From: Promethearchaeota archaeon
GTDB taxonomy: Archaea; Asgardarchaeota; Lokiarchaeia; Sigyniarchaeales; SOKP01
Assembly (NCBI GenBank): GCA_016839555.1
Contig: JAEOUA010000012.1
Span: forward strand, 288,001 to 352,000
DNA: 64,000 bases
Direction of reading: 5' to 3'
Part shown: in pieces, positions 20,718-30,781 of the stretch
Position numbering within the stretch: position 1 is the stretch's first letter
How the letters are laid out: each line of letters begins with the position of its first letter
Made by a program: the position numbers and the translations under genes
Notes under the pieces: model-generated
Database searches by the model: none
What the model was told of the DNA's origin: nothing
What the model saw: the letters and a program-made list of their open reading frames with translations, nothing else

Positions 20718-23021
20718 CTATAGATTTAAGATCTTTTTTAAAATAAATAATGCTCCCTTTTTATCGAGAGGTTCATTATTATTTCCGCATTTAGGACTCA
20801 TAATACAGGCTGGACAACCATCTGATGATTTACAGCTACAAGTATTGATTAATTTAAATGTAAGAGATAAGAGATTTTCAAGATTAAAATATAATTGTTC
20901 AGAAATACCGATACCTCCCCGATAAGCATCATAGATATAAATTACTGGTTCTTGTTTAACAGGATCAAAATCGATAGAGACTCCCCCTAAATCCCATCGA
21001 GAAATTTGCGCTAAAGCAGGAGCCATTGCTATTGCCGCATGCTCTATGGCGTGAATGGATCCACCTAAATTGTATCCCTCCATTTCTAATGCTTTTTGAA
21101 TCTCGTATGGAATATAAAACCAGCAAGCTTGAGTTTCATATTCGATGATTGGAATATCATCTAATGGAAAACGAGCCCTCGTCTCTTGAGTGAGAGTATC
21201 AATCTCTTTATAGGTATAATACTGATGCTCCACTTTTACATTACCAAATTGAGCTTCAATATTTCTATTAGGACCTGTTTTATTATTAAATAAAATTTCG
21301 AGAGAAGCAATATCTGTATGTTTTAATGATTGAGTATAATAATCAACATCCGCTTTTGAGATATAAACGCTTCTATCTTCCAGATCAAGCTCTTGGACTA
21401 TGTAAGTCTCAGCCTCATATAAATATATTGCTCCTGGATGCAAATCTCGAAAAACATAACTCTCATCTTCAGTTGTTAGCAAAACTTCTTTACCTGGGAT
21501 TCTTAAAATAACTTTATAGATTCGATCGGACAGATCATTCAATCCATATTTTTGATTGGGATAGAAGGTGCCTTTCCAATAATATAATTTTCCTCGCTTC
21601 ATTAAAAGCCCTTCATCGACCAATTCATTTACACATTCAATAAAAAGTTCTTTATTATTTACCCCAAATTTTTTATATTCATCAAGAGTTACAGGACTCT
21701 CTTTTGCTGCACAAGATATATGATTTTTTATAATGTATTTATTGTTTAAAGTGATAAGAATATCTTCTTGAATTGGCCCAAAGAGAATCTCTGGATTATG
21801 AATATAAAATAAATCAAGAGGATTTGCCATAGGAATGAAGGTTGCTATGGATAGTTCTTCACCGCGTCCTGATCGACCAACTTGTTGCCAGAAGCTTGAT
21901 AAAGTTCCTGGAAATCCCGAACATATAGTCGCATCTAATGAGCCAATATCAATGCCCAATTCTAATGCATTAGTAGAACTTATCCCTAAAATATTTCGAT
22001 TTTTAAAATTTTTTTCGATTAATCTTCTGGTTTTTTTACTAATTCCCGCCCTATAACTATGTATTTTATTTTTGATAGAAGGTAATGCTTCTCGAGTCCA
22101 TATAGCTTGAAGTTCTGCCATCTTTCTAGACAATGTAAAAGTTAAAGTTTGAATATTTTGTTTTAAATGACTAATGAATAAATTTTCTGTTTCCTGATGA
22201 GCAGATCGATATTTTCCTGAAGTTTCATCATAAGGAAGATCCCATAGAATTACTTTTTTCGCTCCCGAAGGAGAATTATCTTGATCAATTATAGTGAACT
22301 CTTCTCCAACTAATTTTTCAGCAAATTTTTTCGGATTATTTATTGTAGCACTAGATAAAATCCATAGTGGTTTTACACCATAATTTTCAAGCATTCTTTT
22401 TAACCGTCTAACCAAAAACGCAAAATTAGAACCAAAAATACCTCTATATATATGAATCTCATCTAAAATTATATAATTTAAATTTTCACAGATACGTCTC
22501 CATTTTCTCTTAAACCATGGGATATAAAAATGTAGACCATAAGGGTTGGTGATTATTATATTAGCCTCCGCCAAAACTTTACGTTTTTCTTCTGGCTCCA
22601 CATCTCCATCATATACTCCAACTCTTGATAGTTTAATATTGGTTTGATGCATTAAATTAGATAATATAGAATATTGGTCTCGCGCTAATGCTTTAGTTGG
22701 AAATATATATAGTGCTGTAGTCTTTGGATTTTCTAAAATTGATTGTAAGACCGATAAATTATAACATAAAGATTTCCCCGAAGCTGTAGATGTGACTATG
22801 GCGGTATTTTCACCATTCCTAATACTATTAATTGCTTCAGCTTGATGCCCCCACAATTTAATCTTATTATTATCCACCCATCTCTGGAGCCTTTTTTTAA
22901 GTGGTTTTTCAAGCTCACCATATTTAGCTTCTTTCTTTGGAATATGCTGAATATAAGAGATTTGATCCTTATAATAATCTTGTGATTTTATAGTCTCTAG
23001 AAATTTTTCGAAATTAATCAT
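20718..23021 (-). CDS. SF2 DEAH helicase with C-terminal DUF1998 (MrfA/YprA/Hrq1-like)
   Basis: TASGKS, PTKALARDQ, DEIH, TNALELGIDIG, QQVGRSGR, HAIEH, terminal CxC..GCPACIMSPKC. Confidence 0.92.
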   Translation of the reverse strand: MINFEKFLETIKSQDYYKDQISYIQHIPKKEAKYGELEKPLKKRLQRWVDNNKIKLWGHQAEAINSIRNGENTAIVTSTASGKSLCYNLSVLQSILENPKTTALYIFPTKALARDQYSILSNLMHQTNIKLSRVGVYDGDVEPEEKRKVLAEANIIITNPYGLHFYIPWFKRKWRRICENLNYIILDEIHIYRGIFGSNFAFLVRRLKRMLENYGVKPLWILSSATINNPKKFAEKLVGEEFTIIDQDNSPSGAKKVILWDLPYDETSGKYRSAHQETENLFISHLKQNIQTLTFTLSRKMAELQAIWTREALPSIKNKIHSYRAGISKKTRRLIEKNFKNRNILGISSTNALELGIDIGSLDATICSGFPGTLSSFWQQVGRSGRGEELSIATFIPMANPLDLFYIHNPEILFGPIQEDILITLNNKYIIKNHISCAAKESPVTLDEYKKFGVNNKELFIECVNELVDEGLLMKRGKLYYWKGTFYPNQKYGLNDLSDRIYKVILRIPGKEVLLTTEDESYVFRDLHPGAIYLYEAETYIVQELDLEDRSVYISKADVDYYTQSLKHTDIASLEILFNNKTGPNRNIEAQFGNVKVEHQYYTYKEIDTLTQETRARFPLDDIPIIEYETQACWFYIPYEIQKALEMEGYNLGGSIHAIEHAAIAMAPALAQISRWDLGGVSIDFDPVKQEPVIYIYDAYRGGIGISEQLYFNLENLLSLTFKLINTCSCKSSDGCPACIMSPKCGNNNEPLDKKGALFILKKILNL

Positions 23022-23074
23022 CTATATTTTCAAGATTAAATAATTTAATATATCAATTAAAAATATCAAGACAT

Positions 23075-23728
23075 ATGATTTATTTATTTTCAGTGAATTA
23101 TAAAAATTTAAACCTAGTTAGTGAAACAATTATGAGCCGAAAACATTATTTTGAAGAAAAATCGGAGATATGGGATAAGGAAGTATATCATGATCCTGAC
23201 AAATTAGTGCATATAATAAATCAATTGAAATTAAAACCAAATGATAATGTATTGGATGTTGCATCTGGTACTGGTGTTTTGATTCCATTCATCTTTGAAA
23301 AAATTAAGCTTAAAGGAAAAATTTGTGTAGTAGATTTTTCTAAACAAATGATTTCAATATCTAAAAAAAAACACCCCAAAAACAAATATCCCAATTTAGA
23401 ATTTAAAATTCAAGATATAATGGAAATAAATTTGAAACCAAAATACGATGCAATCATTTGCTATTCTTGTTTTCCTCATTTTCCAAATAAGGCTAAACTA
23501 TTAAAGCATTTATATAAAGGATTAAAATTAGGTGGAAGATTAATTATTGCCCACTCTGAATCCCGAGAAAAGATTAATAAACATCATAAAAAACTAAAGG
23601 ATTCAGTAGTAGTTCATGATATGCTTCCTCCTATGAGTAAAATTAAAAATATGATGGAAAAAGTAGGATTAAAAATTGGAAAAACTAAAGATGATGAAGA
23701 GATGTTTTATGTTATTGGTATCAGATAA
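23075..23728 (+). CDS. Class I SAM-dependent methyltransferase
   Basis: VLDVASGTG, VDFS, YDAIICYSCFPHF, LKLGGRLII. Confidence 0.88.
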   Translation: MIYLFSVNYKNLNLVSETIMSRKHYFEEKSEIWDKEVYHDPDKLVHIINQLKLKPNDNVLDVASGTGVLIPFIFEKIKLKGKICVVDFSKQMISISKKKHPKNKYPNLEFKIQDIMEINLKPKYDAIICYSCFPHFPNKAKLLKHLYKGLKLGGRLIIAHSESREKINKHHKKLKDSVVVHDMLPPMSKIKNMMEKVGLKIGKTKDDEEMFYVIGIR

Positions 23729-24008
23729 TAATTTTTTAATAGTATTTATAAAAAGATGTAATTTTATTAAGGGTATCAAAATCTATATCTTATTTTCAAG
23801 AAAAAATATAAAAAATCTAGGAAAAAATTCGGCTTAGGGTTTATGATTCTAAAATTAATAATTTAACTCAATATTATTTAACAAAATTAACGAGAAATGT
23901 AGGAGAGCAATAAAAATGAATAGTTGAATCTTAAAAACAAAAACTCTACCTTTAAATTAGTATTCGTCGTTGAGTTTTCATTTTATGTGAATGAAAATGT
24001 ATTAATAC

Positions 24009-24908
24009 TTACACGGTTTTTTTTAAATAATCCCAAAATTGTTGTTTCATCTTAGATAATTTCTTATCCTTCATTTTTAGAAAATAAATATCCCGTTTTG
24101 CTATTATAGGATATTTTTCTAATTGGATGGTTTTAATTAACCCTGCATCTTCAGCTTTTTTTGCTATCGCTTCACTTAAGACAGAAATATAATCAGATTC
24201 ACTGACAGCCGAAATAATGGAGTCATTATCATTTATTACTAATCTATAATTCAATTCAGAAGATTTAGGGAATTGTTGTTCAAAAATATCTCGGGTCCCT
24301 GAACCTTCTTCTCGTGATATAAAAGGATATTTTTTAAGCTCCACAAATTTAACATTCTTAACATTATTTTTGATTAAAATATGATCAGGAGAGCAAATAA
24401 AATACATTTTATCTTCTCCTATTTTAATATAATCAAAATCGTCTTTATCATTTTCCATAAAACTTCCCACTCCAGCAAAATCAGTCATATTTTTTTTTAA
24501 TAAATTAATAGATTTTTGAGAATTATTTATCAATGTTTCAAAACTTATTTGAGGATTAAGGCTCTTAAATTCGGTAATAAATTTTGGTAATATCTGAGAA
24601 CCTGGAAGCTTTGAAGTCGTTATAGTCATGATTTCTTTGATATTTTTACCCAAACTATGGATTTTTTGGATGCATTCATCATATAATTCAATAATTTTTT
24701 GAGCATACTCTAAAAACGCTTTTCCTTGCTCAGTTAGCTCAAAAGTTTTAGTAGTTCGATAAATTAATTTTACATTTCCTAATTCTTCCTCTAATTGGGA
24801 TATTCTATGAGATAATGTACTTTGGGAAATTGATAAATCATTAGCTAAAGCAGAAAAGCTTTTATATTGAGTTAATTGTATAAAATTTCTAATATATTCA
24901 ATATTCAT
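24009..24908 (-). CDS. LysR-family transcriptional regulator
   Basis: N-terminal HTH SFSALANDLSISQSTLSHRISQLEEELG; REEGSGTR in the effector domain. Confidence 0.92.
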   Translation of the reverse strand: MNIEYIRNFIQLTQYKSFSALANDLSISQSTLSHRISQLEEELGNVKLIYRTTKTFELTEQGKAFLEYAQKIIELYDECIQKIHSLGKNIKEIMTITTSKLPGSQILPKFITEFKSLNPQISFETLINNSQKSINLLKKNMTDFAGVGSFMENDKDDFDYIKIGEDKMYFICSPDHILIKNNVKNVKFVELKKYPFISREEGSGTRDIFEQQFPKSSELNYRLVINDNDSIISAVSESDYISVLSEAIAKKAEDAGLIKTIQLEKYPIIAKRDIYFLKMKDKKLSKMKQQFWDYLKKTV

Positions 24909-24988
24909 TCTTAACTATTACTATATTTTAAATTAAATTTATTCTTTATTACCTTATAATACTAATTCCTTTTTTTTGTGAAGTTTTC

Positions 24989-26359
24989 TTATCCTAATCC
25001 GAGTAAAGATAGGATCATAATTAATATCCCACAAAAGATTGCTAGAAATACAGCCCAATAAGGTTTTGGTTTAAGTTCTGGAGCAGTATCTTTCATTTCA
25101 AGATAGGATATTATTATAGGAAAAATAAATATTAAGCCGAGTATGGGACCAGTGAGCATGCTAGCTATAGAAAATAGCCACATAGGTCTTCCTATGAATA
25201 AAATAAAAATCGACGGAAGTATAGTAAAAAATATTAAACAAATTCTGTAAATTGTTGTTCTTTTAATATTAAATCGTTTATAAAAACCTAATCGCTCAAA
25301 ACTCTCTTCATAAAGTCTTGAAAATCCATAAAGTGGCCCTAATATTGAACTAAATAATGCCATCGTACCACAAAGAATAAATAATAATCCTGACCATTCT
25401 CCATAGATCTCAGTAAAAATAGATACCATTTGGGGAATTAAATCCCACCCTACGGGCTTTACTATGTTATAATATAGGGTCTGTGCTGCAGCAATCCAAA
25501 TCATGATTGAAAATACTGTTAAAATCGTAGCAGAAACAAGATTTTGATAGAAAATGACTTTTTTCCAACCTTTTAATCTAATTCGTTCCTCTTGAGTAAG
25601 CTCTTCAGGATTAATCATTTCACCTTCTGGAAGCTCAAACATTCCCATTTTTTTATCTTTTGCAAACCAAATATATGAAACAGTTGGACCGAAGCCAGAA
25701 CCTAGCACTACGAAGAGAACTGCTATAGTTTCAATATTTGAAGTTGTTTCAAGTCCTTCTATTGGACCTGGCAGAGCGGGGGTAAATCCAATAATCCATT
25801 CCTCCAATGAGGGCCAAAACAATAATCCCACTATTGTTATCAAAATTAAAAAAATCCATAATAAAATACTAGATATTTTTTCAAGTAACTTATAACTTCT
25901 GGTAAATACAATTATGAATCCTATTCCTATAATTATTAAAATCCATATATTAATTGGTAAAGGAATTAAAAAATTAAGGGTACCTGCTGTTTGCCCTAAT
26001 AAACCGGATAATAACATTGAATGAAACAAGCACCCTATCATAAGACAAAAAAACATCCATCTGAGCCATTTTTTATCCCAAGAAGTTTGTAGAAATGTTT
26101 TACCACGAATAACGCCATACTGGACTAAAAAAAACTGTCCAAAAATCTTTATAAAGGCGATAATTGGTATAAGATATAATCCTCTCATCCCTAAATAAGC
26201 CCCTAATAATGGAACAGTAATAAATTCTCCACCACCTATCTGTGTGGCTGTAAATACAAAGGCTGGACCCAGCCATTTTATAAACTCCCTAAAATTAAGA
26301 GGAGGCTGCGAAATTCTTGATTTATCTATATTATCTCTATTAAAGCGGGAAGTTTGCAT
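24989..26359 (-). CDS. NRAMP/APC-superfamily membrane transporter
   Basis: LGPAFVFTATQIGGGE start, ~11 TM helices, ALFSSILG. Confidence 0.8.
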   Translation of the reverse strand: MQTSRFNRDNIDKSRISQPPLNFREFIKWLGPAFVFTATQIGGGEFITVPLLGAYLGMRGLYLIPIIAFIKIFGQFFLVQYGVIRGKTFLQTSWDKKWLRWMFFCLMIGCLFHSMLLSGLLGQTAGTLNFLIPLPINIWILIIIGIGFIIVFTRSYKLLEKISSILLWIFLILITIVGLLFWPSLEEWIIGFTPALPGPIEGLETTSNIETIAVLFVVLGSGFGPTVSYIWFAKDKKMGMFELPEGEMINPEELTQEERIRLKGWKKVIFYQNLVSATILTVFSIMIWIAAAQTLYYNIVKPVGWDLIPQMVSIFTEIYGEWSGLLFILCGTMALFSSILGPLYGFSRLYEESFERLGFYKRFNIKRTTIYRICLIFFTILPSIFILFIGRPMWLFSIASMLTGPILGLIFIFPIIISYLEMKDTAPELKPKPYWAVFLAIFCGILIMILSLLGLG

Positions 26360-26474
26360 TATTAATTTAGATTAGAATTAATATTTATTAAAGATAATCA
26401 TTTTGATATCAAATCTTTATAACATTTTAATTAAAAAAGAAAAGAAAAAAGTAATTATTTTAATGGACAGAATA

Positions 26475-27680
26475 TTACTGGTGGAGCTGCCCGCTCACCC
26501 AATCGTAGTAAGCCATGTCCTCGAGTGCTTTTGGCATTTCTTTATAGAAATCGGCTATTACTTCTTTAAATGTTGAAGCAGAAATTGGATGGAACATCAT
26601 TGCTAAATCAAGCCCTACTAGCGTTAAGCATAAGGCATTCAAAATCTCCCAAATTGGACCTCTGTATTTTCTTGCACCCCATAGACCGCCTGATCGTTCC
26701 TCGCTCATCCATGCTTCTCGAGCACCCCAAGCGTTTGTTGTACCACCGCTTATTGGATAAGCTAAATCTTCTTCACCTAAAAGCCCAGCCATTCTCATTC
26801 TCTGATAGATAGAGAAACTATATTCTAAACCATATCCGAGAGTAGCGCATGTAGGATCCATTACAATTCTGTTTCGTGGTAATCCCAGTTCTAATGCGTC
26901 TTTATTCATCTTAATTTGATTATTCAAATCCAAAGAAGTCCATAATAAGCAGTTGTGATCATATTTTACAGCGAGAGGGATGACATCCTCCCATGTACCT
27001 TTATCTGCCGCAGAAAGGAGCAATACTTCATCCTGAGATACCTCAGAAAGTACTTTAAACATTTCTATATCCTTCTTTTTATTTCCTGAGCAACCTATAA
27101 GAATTGGGACATCAACTGCTTGAAGAATATCCTCAAAAATTTCTCTCGATTTTGAAACGGGCCAATCTAGAGTTCCAGGATCAATACCGAGTGAATGAAA
27201 TGTGATACATTCAGCTCCAAATTTTTTAACGGCAAATTTTGCCCATTCTGGTGGGTCCCCTAATACTTCTTTATACTCGTTTTTAATTGGTTTTGGAAGA
27301 TGCATCTTATCTCCCATATCAAATACATCATAAGTAACTAGAGGAGGATGAGGGTTTTGCTTTTCTAATCCCAAGAAATTATAGAAGGGAGGAACGGTTT
27401 CTCCTCCAATGGTACAAGTTTTTCCATTTGATCGAATAAATTGAATTTCTTGTATTTCTCCGGGATAGTCAGCTTTGACAGAAAATTTGGTTGGAGTCCA
27501 TTCTGCTTTTCCTAACTTACCTGGAGCAGGTAAACCTGCCGCCCGAGCAGCACCAGCCACAATAGTAGGCAGCATTTGAAATTCTAAATACTCAGCAAAC
27601 AAATCTACGTCTTGTAATTCCAGCTCATCCGTGTCTTTCATGAATTTAGCTAACTTTTTACTTAACTCTTCGAACGACAT
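26475..27680 (-). CDS. cdhD: CO dehydrogenase/acetyl-CoA synthase delta subunit (corrinoid FeS protein small subunit)
   Basis: IGGETVPPFY, DVFD, GCSGNKKKD, IVMDPTCATLGYGLEYS, NAWGAREAW, MMFHP. Confidence 0.93.
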   Translation of the reverse strand: MSFEELSKKLAKFMKDTDELELQDVDLFAEYLEFQMLPTIVAGAARAAGLPAPGKLGKAEWTPTKFSVKADYPGEIQEIQFIRSNGKTCTIGGETVPPFYNFLGLEKQNPHPPLVTYDVFDMGDKMHLPKPIKNEYKEVLGDPPEWAKFAVKKFGAECITFHSLGIDPGTLDWPVSKSREIFEDILQAVDVPILIGCSGNKKKDIEMFKVLSEVSQDEVLLLSAADKGTWEDVIPLAVKYDHNCLLWTSLDLNNQIKMNKDALELGLPRNRIVMDPTCATLGYGLEYSFSIYQRMRMAGLLGEEDLAYPISGGTTNAWGAREAWMSEERSGGLWGARKYRGPIWEILNALCLTLVGLDLAMMFHPISASTFKEVIADFYKEMPKALEDMAYYDWVSGQLHQ

Positions 27681-27992
27681 TTTAATATCACTTTTAATTC
27701 TTTAATTAAAAATACAAACTCTATAGGATTGAAAATTGTATATAATATTAAAAATTGACTAATGAAGACTGATCATAGGATAGAGGATTTCATTAGTTTT
27801 GCTTGGTTCTGGATCTTTGATTTAATATAAATATCCGAAATCGATAAAATCATTATAAATAGATAGTTACTAAATCACAAATCTAAATTATAAATTATAA
27901 AATATTTTGTTTTTTATTATTTTAAATTTAAAAATTCATAGAAATAATTAAAATTAAATAGAAGAATTTTAAGATAAAAAACAAATTTTTGA

Positions 27993-28538
27993 TTATAGAT
28001 CTTTTTTGACTAGCTTTTTCTTGTAGAAGACTATAGTTATTAATATCGAACCTATCATAACTCCAATTGTTATACCAAGTGGAAAGCCGGGGATTTCGGG
28101 AATATAGTATCTTGAAAGTGCAGCGGTTGAAAATATATAAAATATATCTTCTTCTGCACTTAATAGAAAAATTTCAATATAATAAATATTTAATATTGGT
28201 GCGGTAAAATTTAACACAGGGTTAACTCCAAAGGTATAATTTAAAAGGAATGGATTTACAAAAATTTTCGGATCAAGGGTTTCATCGGGTTTTAAATATG
28301 ATTCTGTGGGTCTAGCAGCAAAGATGAAAATTCCATACACTTCAAAATTTTGAGAAAAGGTTTGAATTTCTATAGTCTGATTAAAAAATATCGGTGAGAG
28401 ATAAAAAACGGGCGTTCCTTTATCTTCTTCATGCATCTGAGCATAAATAAATCCAGAGGTTGGTTTTATACAAAATAAGGGAAAAAGCAAGAAAAAACAA
28501 ATCAGCCCTAATAATATTGGTTTTTTATATTTTTTCAT
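27993..28538 (-). CDS. Exported protein with a C-terminal IPG-TM-basic sorting signal (Loki-CTERM-like)
   Basis: N-terminal signal peptide; C-terminal EIPGFPLGITIGVMIGSILITIVFYKKK. Confidence 0.65.
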   Translation of the reverse strand: MKKYKKPILLGLICFFLLFPLFCIKPTSGFIYAQMHEEDKGTPVFYLSPIFFNQTIEIQTFSQNFEVYGIFIFAARPTESYLKPDETLDPKIFVNPFLLNYTFGVNPVLNFTAPILNIYYIEIFLLSAEEDIFYIFSTAALSRYYIPEIPGFPLGITIGVMIGSILITIVFYKKKLVKKDL

Positions 28539-28606
28539 GTTTTTAAGTATTATTAGAAATATTTTTGATTTAATAGAATTTTTTTGTATATATATTTTTC
28601 TAATAG

Positions 28607-29101
28607 TTATTTTTCTAAAATTTTTTTCCCAAAATTGATAAGTCCTTCAGAAATGATTTCTTGTAAAAATTGAGGCATTTTTTTAATATGATGCTTCTTT
28701 CCCGTGGTAATATTTAAAAGAATTCCATCAGCTAAATCGATTTGCAATCTATCAGCAGTATTTAATTCAGAAACTTCTGAAAATTCAATTAAAGGTAATG
28801 CGATATTTATTGCATTTCTAAAAAAAATTCTTGCATAAGACGGAGCTATAATACATTTTATCCCTGCAGCTTTTAAGGCAATAGGAGCCTGTTCCCTACT
28901 TGATCCACTTCCAAAATTTGAATTAGCAACAAAAATTGAAGCATTTAGTTTATTTTTCTTTTCATGGAATTGAGGATCAAGATCTTCCATACAATGGGCA
29001 GCCAAATACTCAGGATCTGATTTACTTAAATATCGGGCGGGAATTATTAAATCTGTATTAATATTTTTTTCTTCATATTTTATTATGATTCCTTCTATGA
29101 T
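28607..29101 (-). CDS. leuD: 3-isopropylmalate dehydratase/homoaconitase small subunit; true start upstream of the ORF-track TTG, probably ATC (29101) or ATA (29098)
   Basis: Frame extends to IIEGIIIKYEEKNINTDLIIPARYL; NFGSGSSREQA, YARIFFRNAIN; GAGGAG 6 nt upstream of ATC. Confidence 0.88.
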   Translation of the reverse strand: MIEGIIIKYEEKNINTDLIIPARYLSKSDPEYLAAHCMEDLDPQFHEKKNKLNASIFVANSNFGSGSSREQAPIALKAAGIKCIIAPSYARIFFRNAINIALPLIEFSEVSELNTADRLQIDLADGILLNITTGKKHHIKKMPQFLQEIISEGLINFGKKILEK

Positions 29102-29153
29102 ACTTCTCTCCTCATTTAGTTAATTCTCATCTTATATTTAAAATTGTAATAAA

Positions 29154-30431
29154 TTATGGTGAAGTAATATAACCTTTAAGTGCTGAAGCAGCTGCAACTG
29201 CGGGGCTTGACAAATATATCTCGCTTTTAATATGCCCCATTCGACCTAGAAAATTCCTATTTGTTGTAGATAGTGCTTTCTCTCCTTCTGCAAGAATTCC
29301 CATATGCCCTCCTAAGCAAGGACCACAGGTAGGTGGAGATATAATTGCTCCACTTTCAAGAAAAATTCGAATATATCCCTTTTTAATTGCATTTAAATAT
29401 ATTTGTTGTGTTCCGGGAAAAACTATACATCTAACATGGGGGTTTATTTTCTGATTCCTCATAATTTCTGCTGCTATTTTTAAATCCTCTAAACGTCCAT
29501 TAGTACAAAATCCTATTACAACTTGGTCGATTTCTATTTTCATAGTGCTTACTTCAGAAATCGGTTTAGTATTTTCTGGTAAATGTGGAAAAGCTACTTG
29601 TAATTCAATTTGATTGCAATCTAGCGGTATCTCATCTTCATAAAATGCATCTTTGTCATTTTTATAAATATGATAATCAGCAATCTTTCTTTCTTTTAGA
29701 TATAATTCAGTAATTTTATCTGGTTCTATAATTCCATTTTTTCCGCCTGCTTCTATAGCCATATTGCACATTGTAAATCTATTTGCCATTGATAAATTTT
29801 TAATCACTTCTCCTGAAAATTCCATTGCTTTATATGTTGCGCCATCTACCCCAATCTTACCAATAGTATATAAAATTAAATCCTTTCCCGAAACCCATTT
29901 ATTTAATTTACCAGAATAGATAAATTTAATCGTTTCGGGCACTTTAAACCAGCATTGTTGTGTAGCCATTGCAACTCCTAAATCTGTGGATCCAACACCC
30001 GTGGAAAAGGCACCCAAGGCCCCATAGGTGCAAGTATGAGAATCAGCGCCTATAAATAATTCTCCTGTTTTTACTAGTCCTTGTTCTGGTATAAGACAAT
30101 GTTCAATACCCACTCTTCCTTGCTCAAAATAATTCGAAATTTGGTATTCATACGCAAATTCACGTAAAATCTTACACTGATTTGCTGAAGCAACATCCTT
30201 ATTGGGAGTAAAATGATCTGGCGTGAGAATGATTCTATCTTTATTAAACACACCCTTATTTGTTCCTTGTATAACTTTTTTAAAAACTTCTATAGCTATC
30301 GGAGCCGTTATATCATTTGCTAAACATTTATCTACTTTTGCTAAAATAAAATCGCCCGCAACCGCATTCTTATTATCAGTGTGATCTCTTAAGATTTTTT
30401 CTGAGATAGTGAATCCCATAAATATCCACAA
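29154..30431 (-). CDS. leuC: 3-isopropylmalate dehydratase/homoaconitase large subunit
   Basis: DHFTP, GADSHTCTYGA, IGFCTNGR, CGPCLGGH, STTNRNF. Confidence 0.92.
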   Translation of the reverse strand: MWIFMGFTISEKILRDHTDNKNAVAGDFILAKVDKCLANDITAPIAIEVFKKVIQGTNKGVFNKDRIILTPDHFTPNKDVASANQCKILREFAYEYQISNYFEQGRVGIEHCLIPEQGLVKTGELFIGADSHTCTYGALGAFSTGVGSTDLGVAMATQQCWFKVPETIKFIYSGKLNKWVSGKDLILYTIGKIGVDGATYKAMEFSGEVIKNLSMANRFTMCNMAIEAGGKNGIIEPDKITELYLKERKIADYHIYKNDKDAFYEDEIPLDCNQIELQVAFPHLPENTKPISEVSTMKIEIDQVVIGFCTNGRLEDLKIAAEIMRNQKINPHVRCIVFPGTQQIYLNAIKKGYIRIFLESGAIISPPTCGPCLGGHMGILAEGEKALSTTNRNFLGRMGHIKSEIYLSSPAVAAASALKGYITSP

Positions 30432-30781
30432 ATATTCAAATTCTAATAGTCTAAAGAGTAATTTATTGTTTAAAATTTTATTTGATTCCTTTTTAAATAA
30501 TTAGATTAATTACCATAAACTTAAACAATATTTAATTAATAAATCTTAAAAAATTCTAATTGAAATCAATTATTTTATTATGTAAATTTTTAAATTTTGA
30601 GATAAATAGTTTCATTGCAAATACGCCATTTTTAGGTTTTTTTCCTATAATTCTGAATTATTATTGTTCAATTTTACAATTTTATGAATATGATATATAA
30701 ATCTGAAAATTAATAACACCAGAATCAGAAAATCTATTATATATTATAGAAATTTTTTTCTATTAATTTTAATTTATTGAT

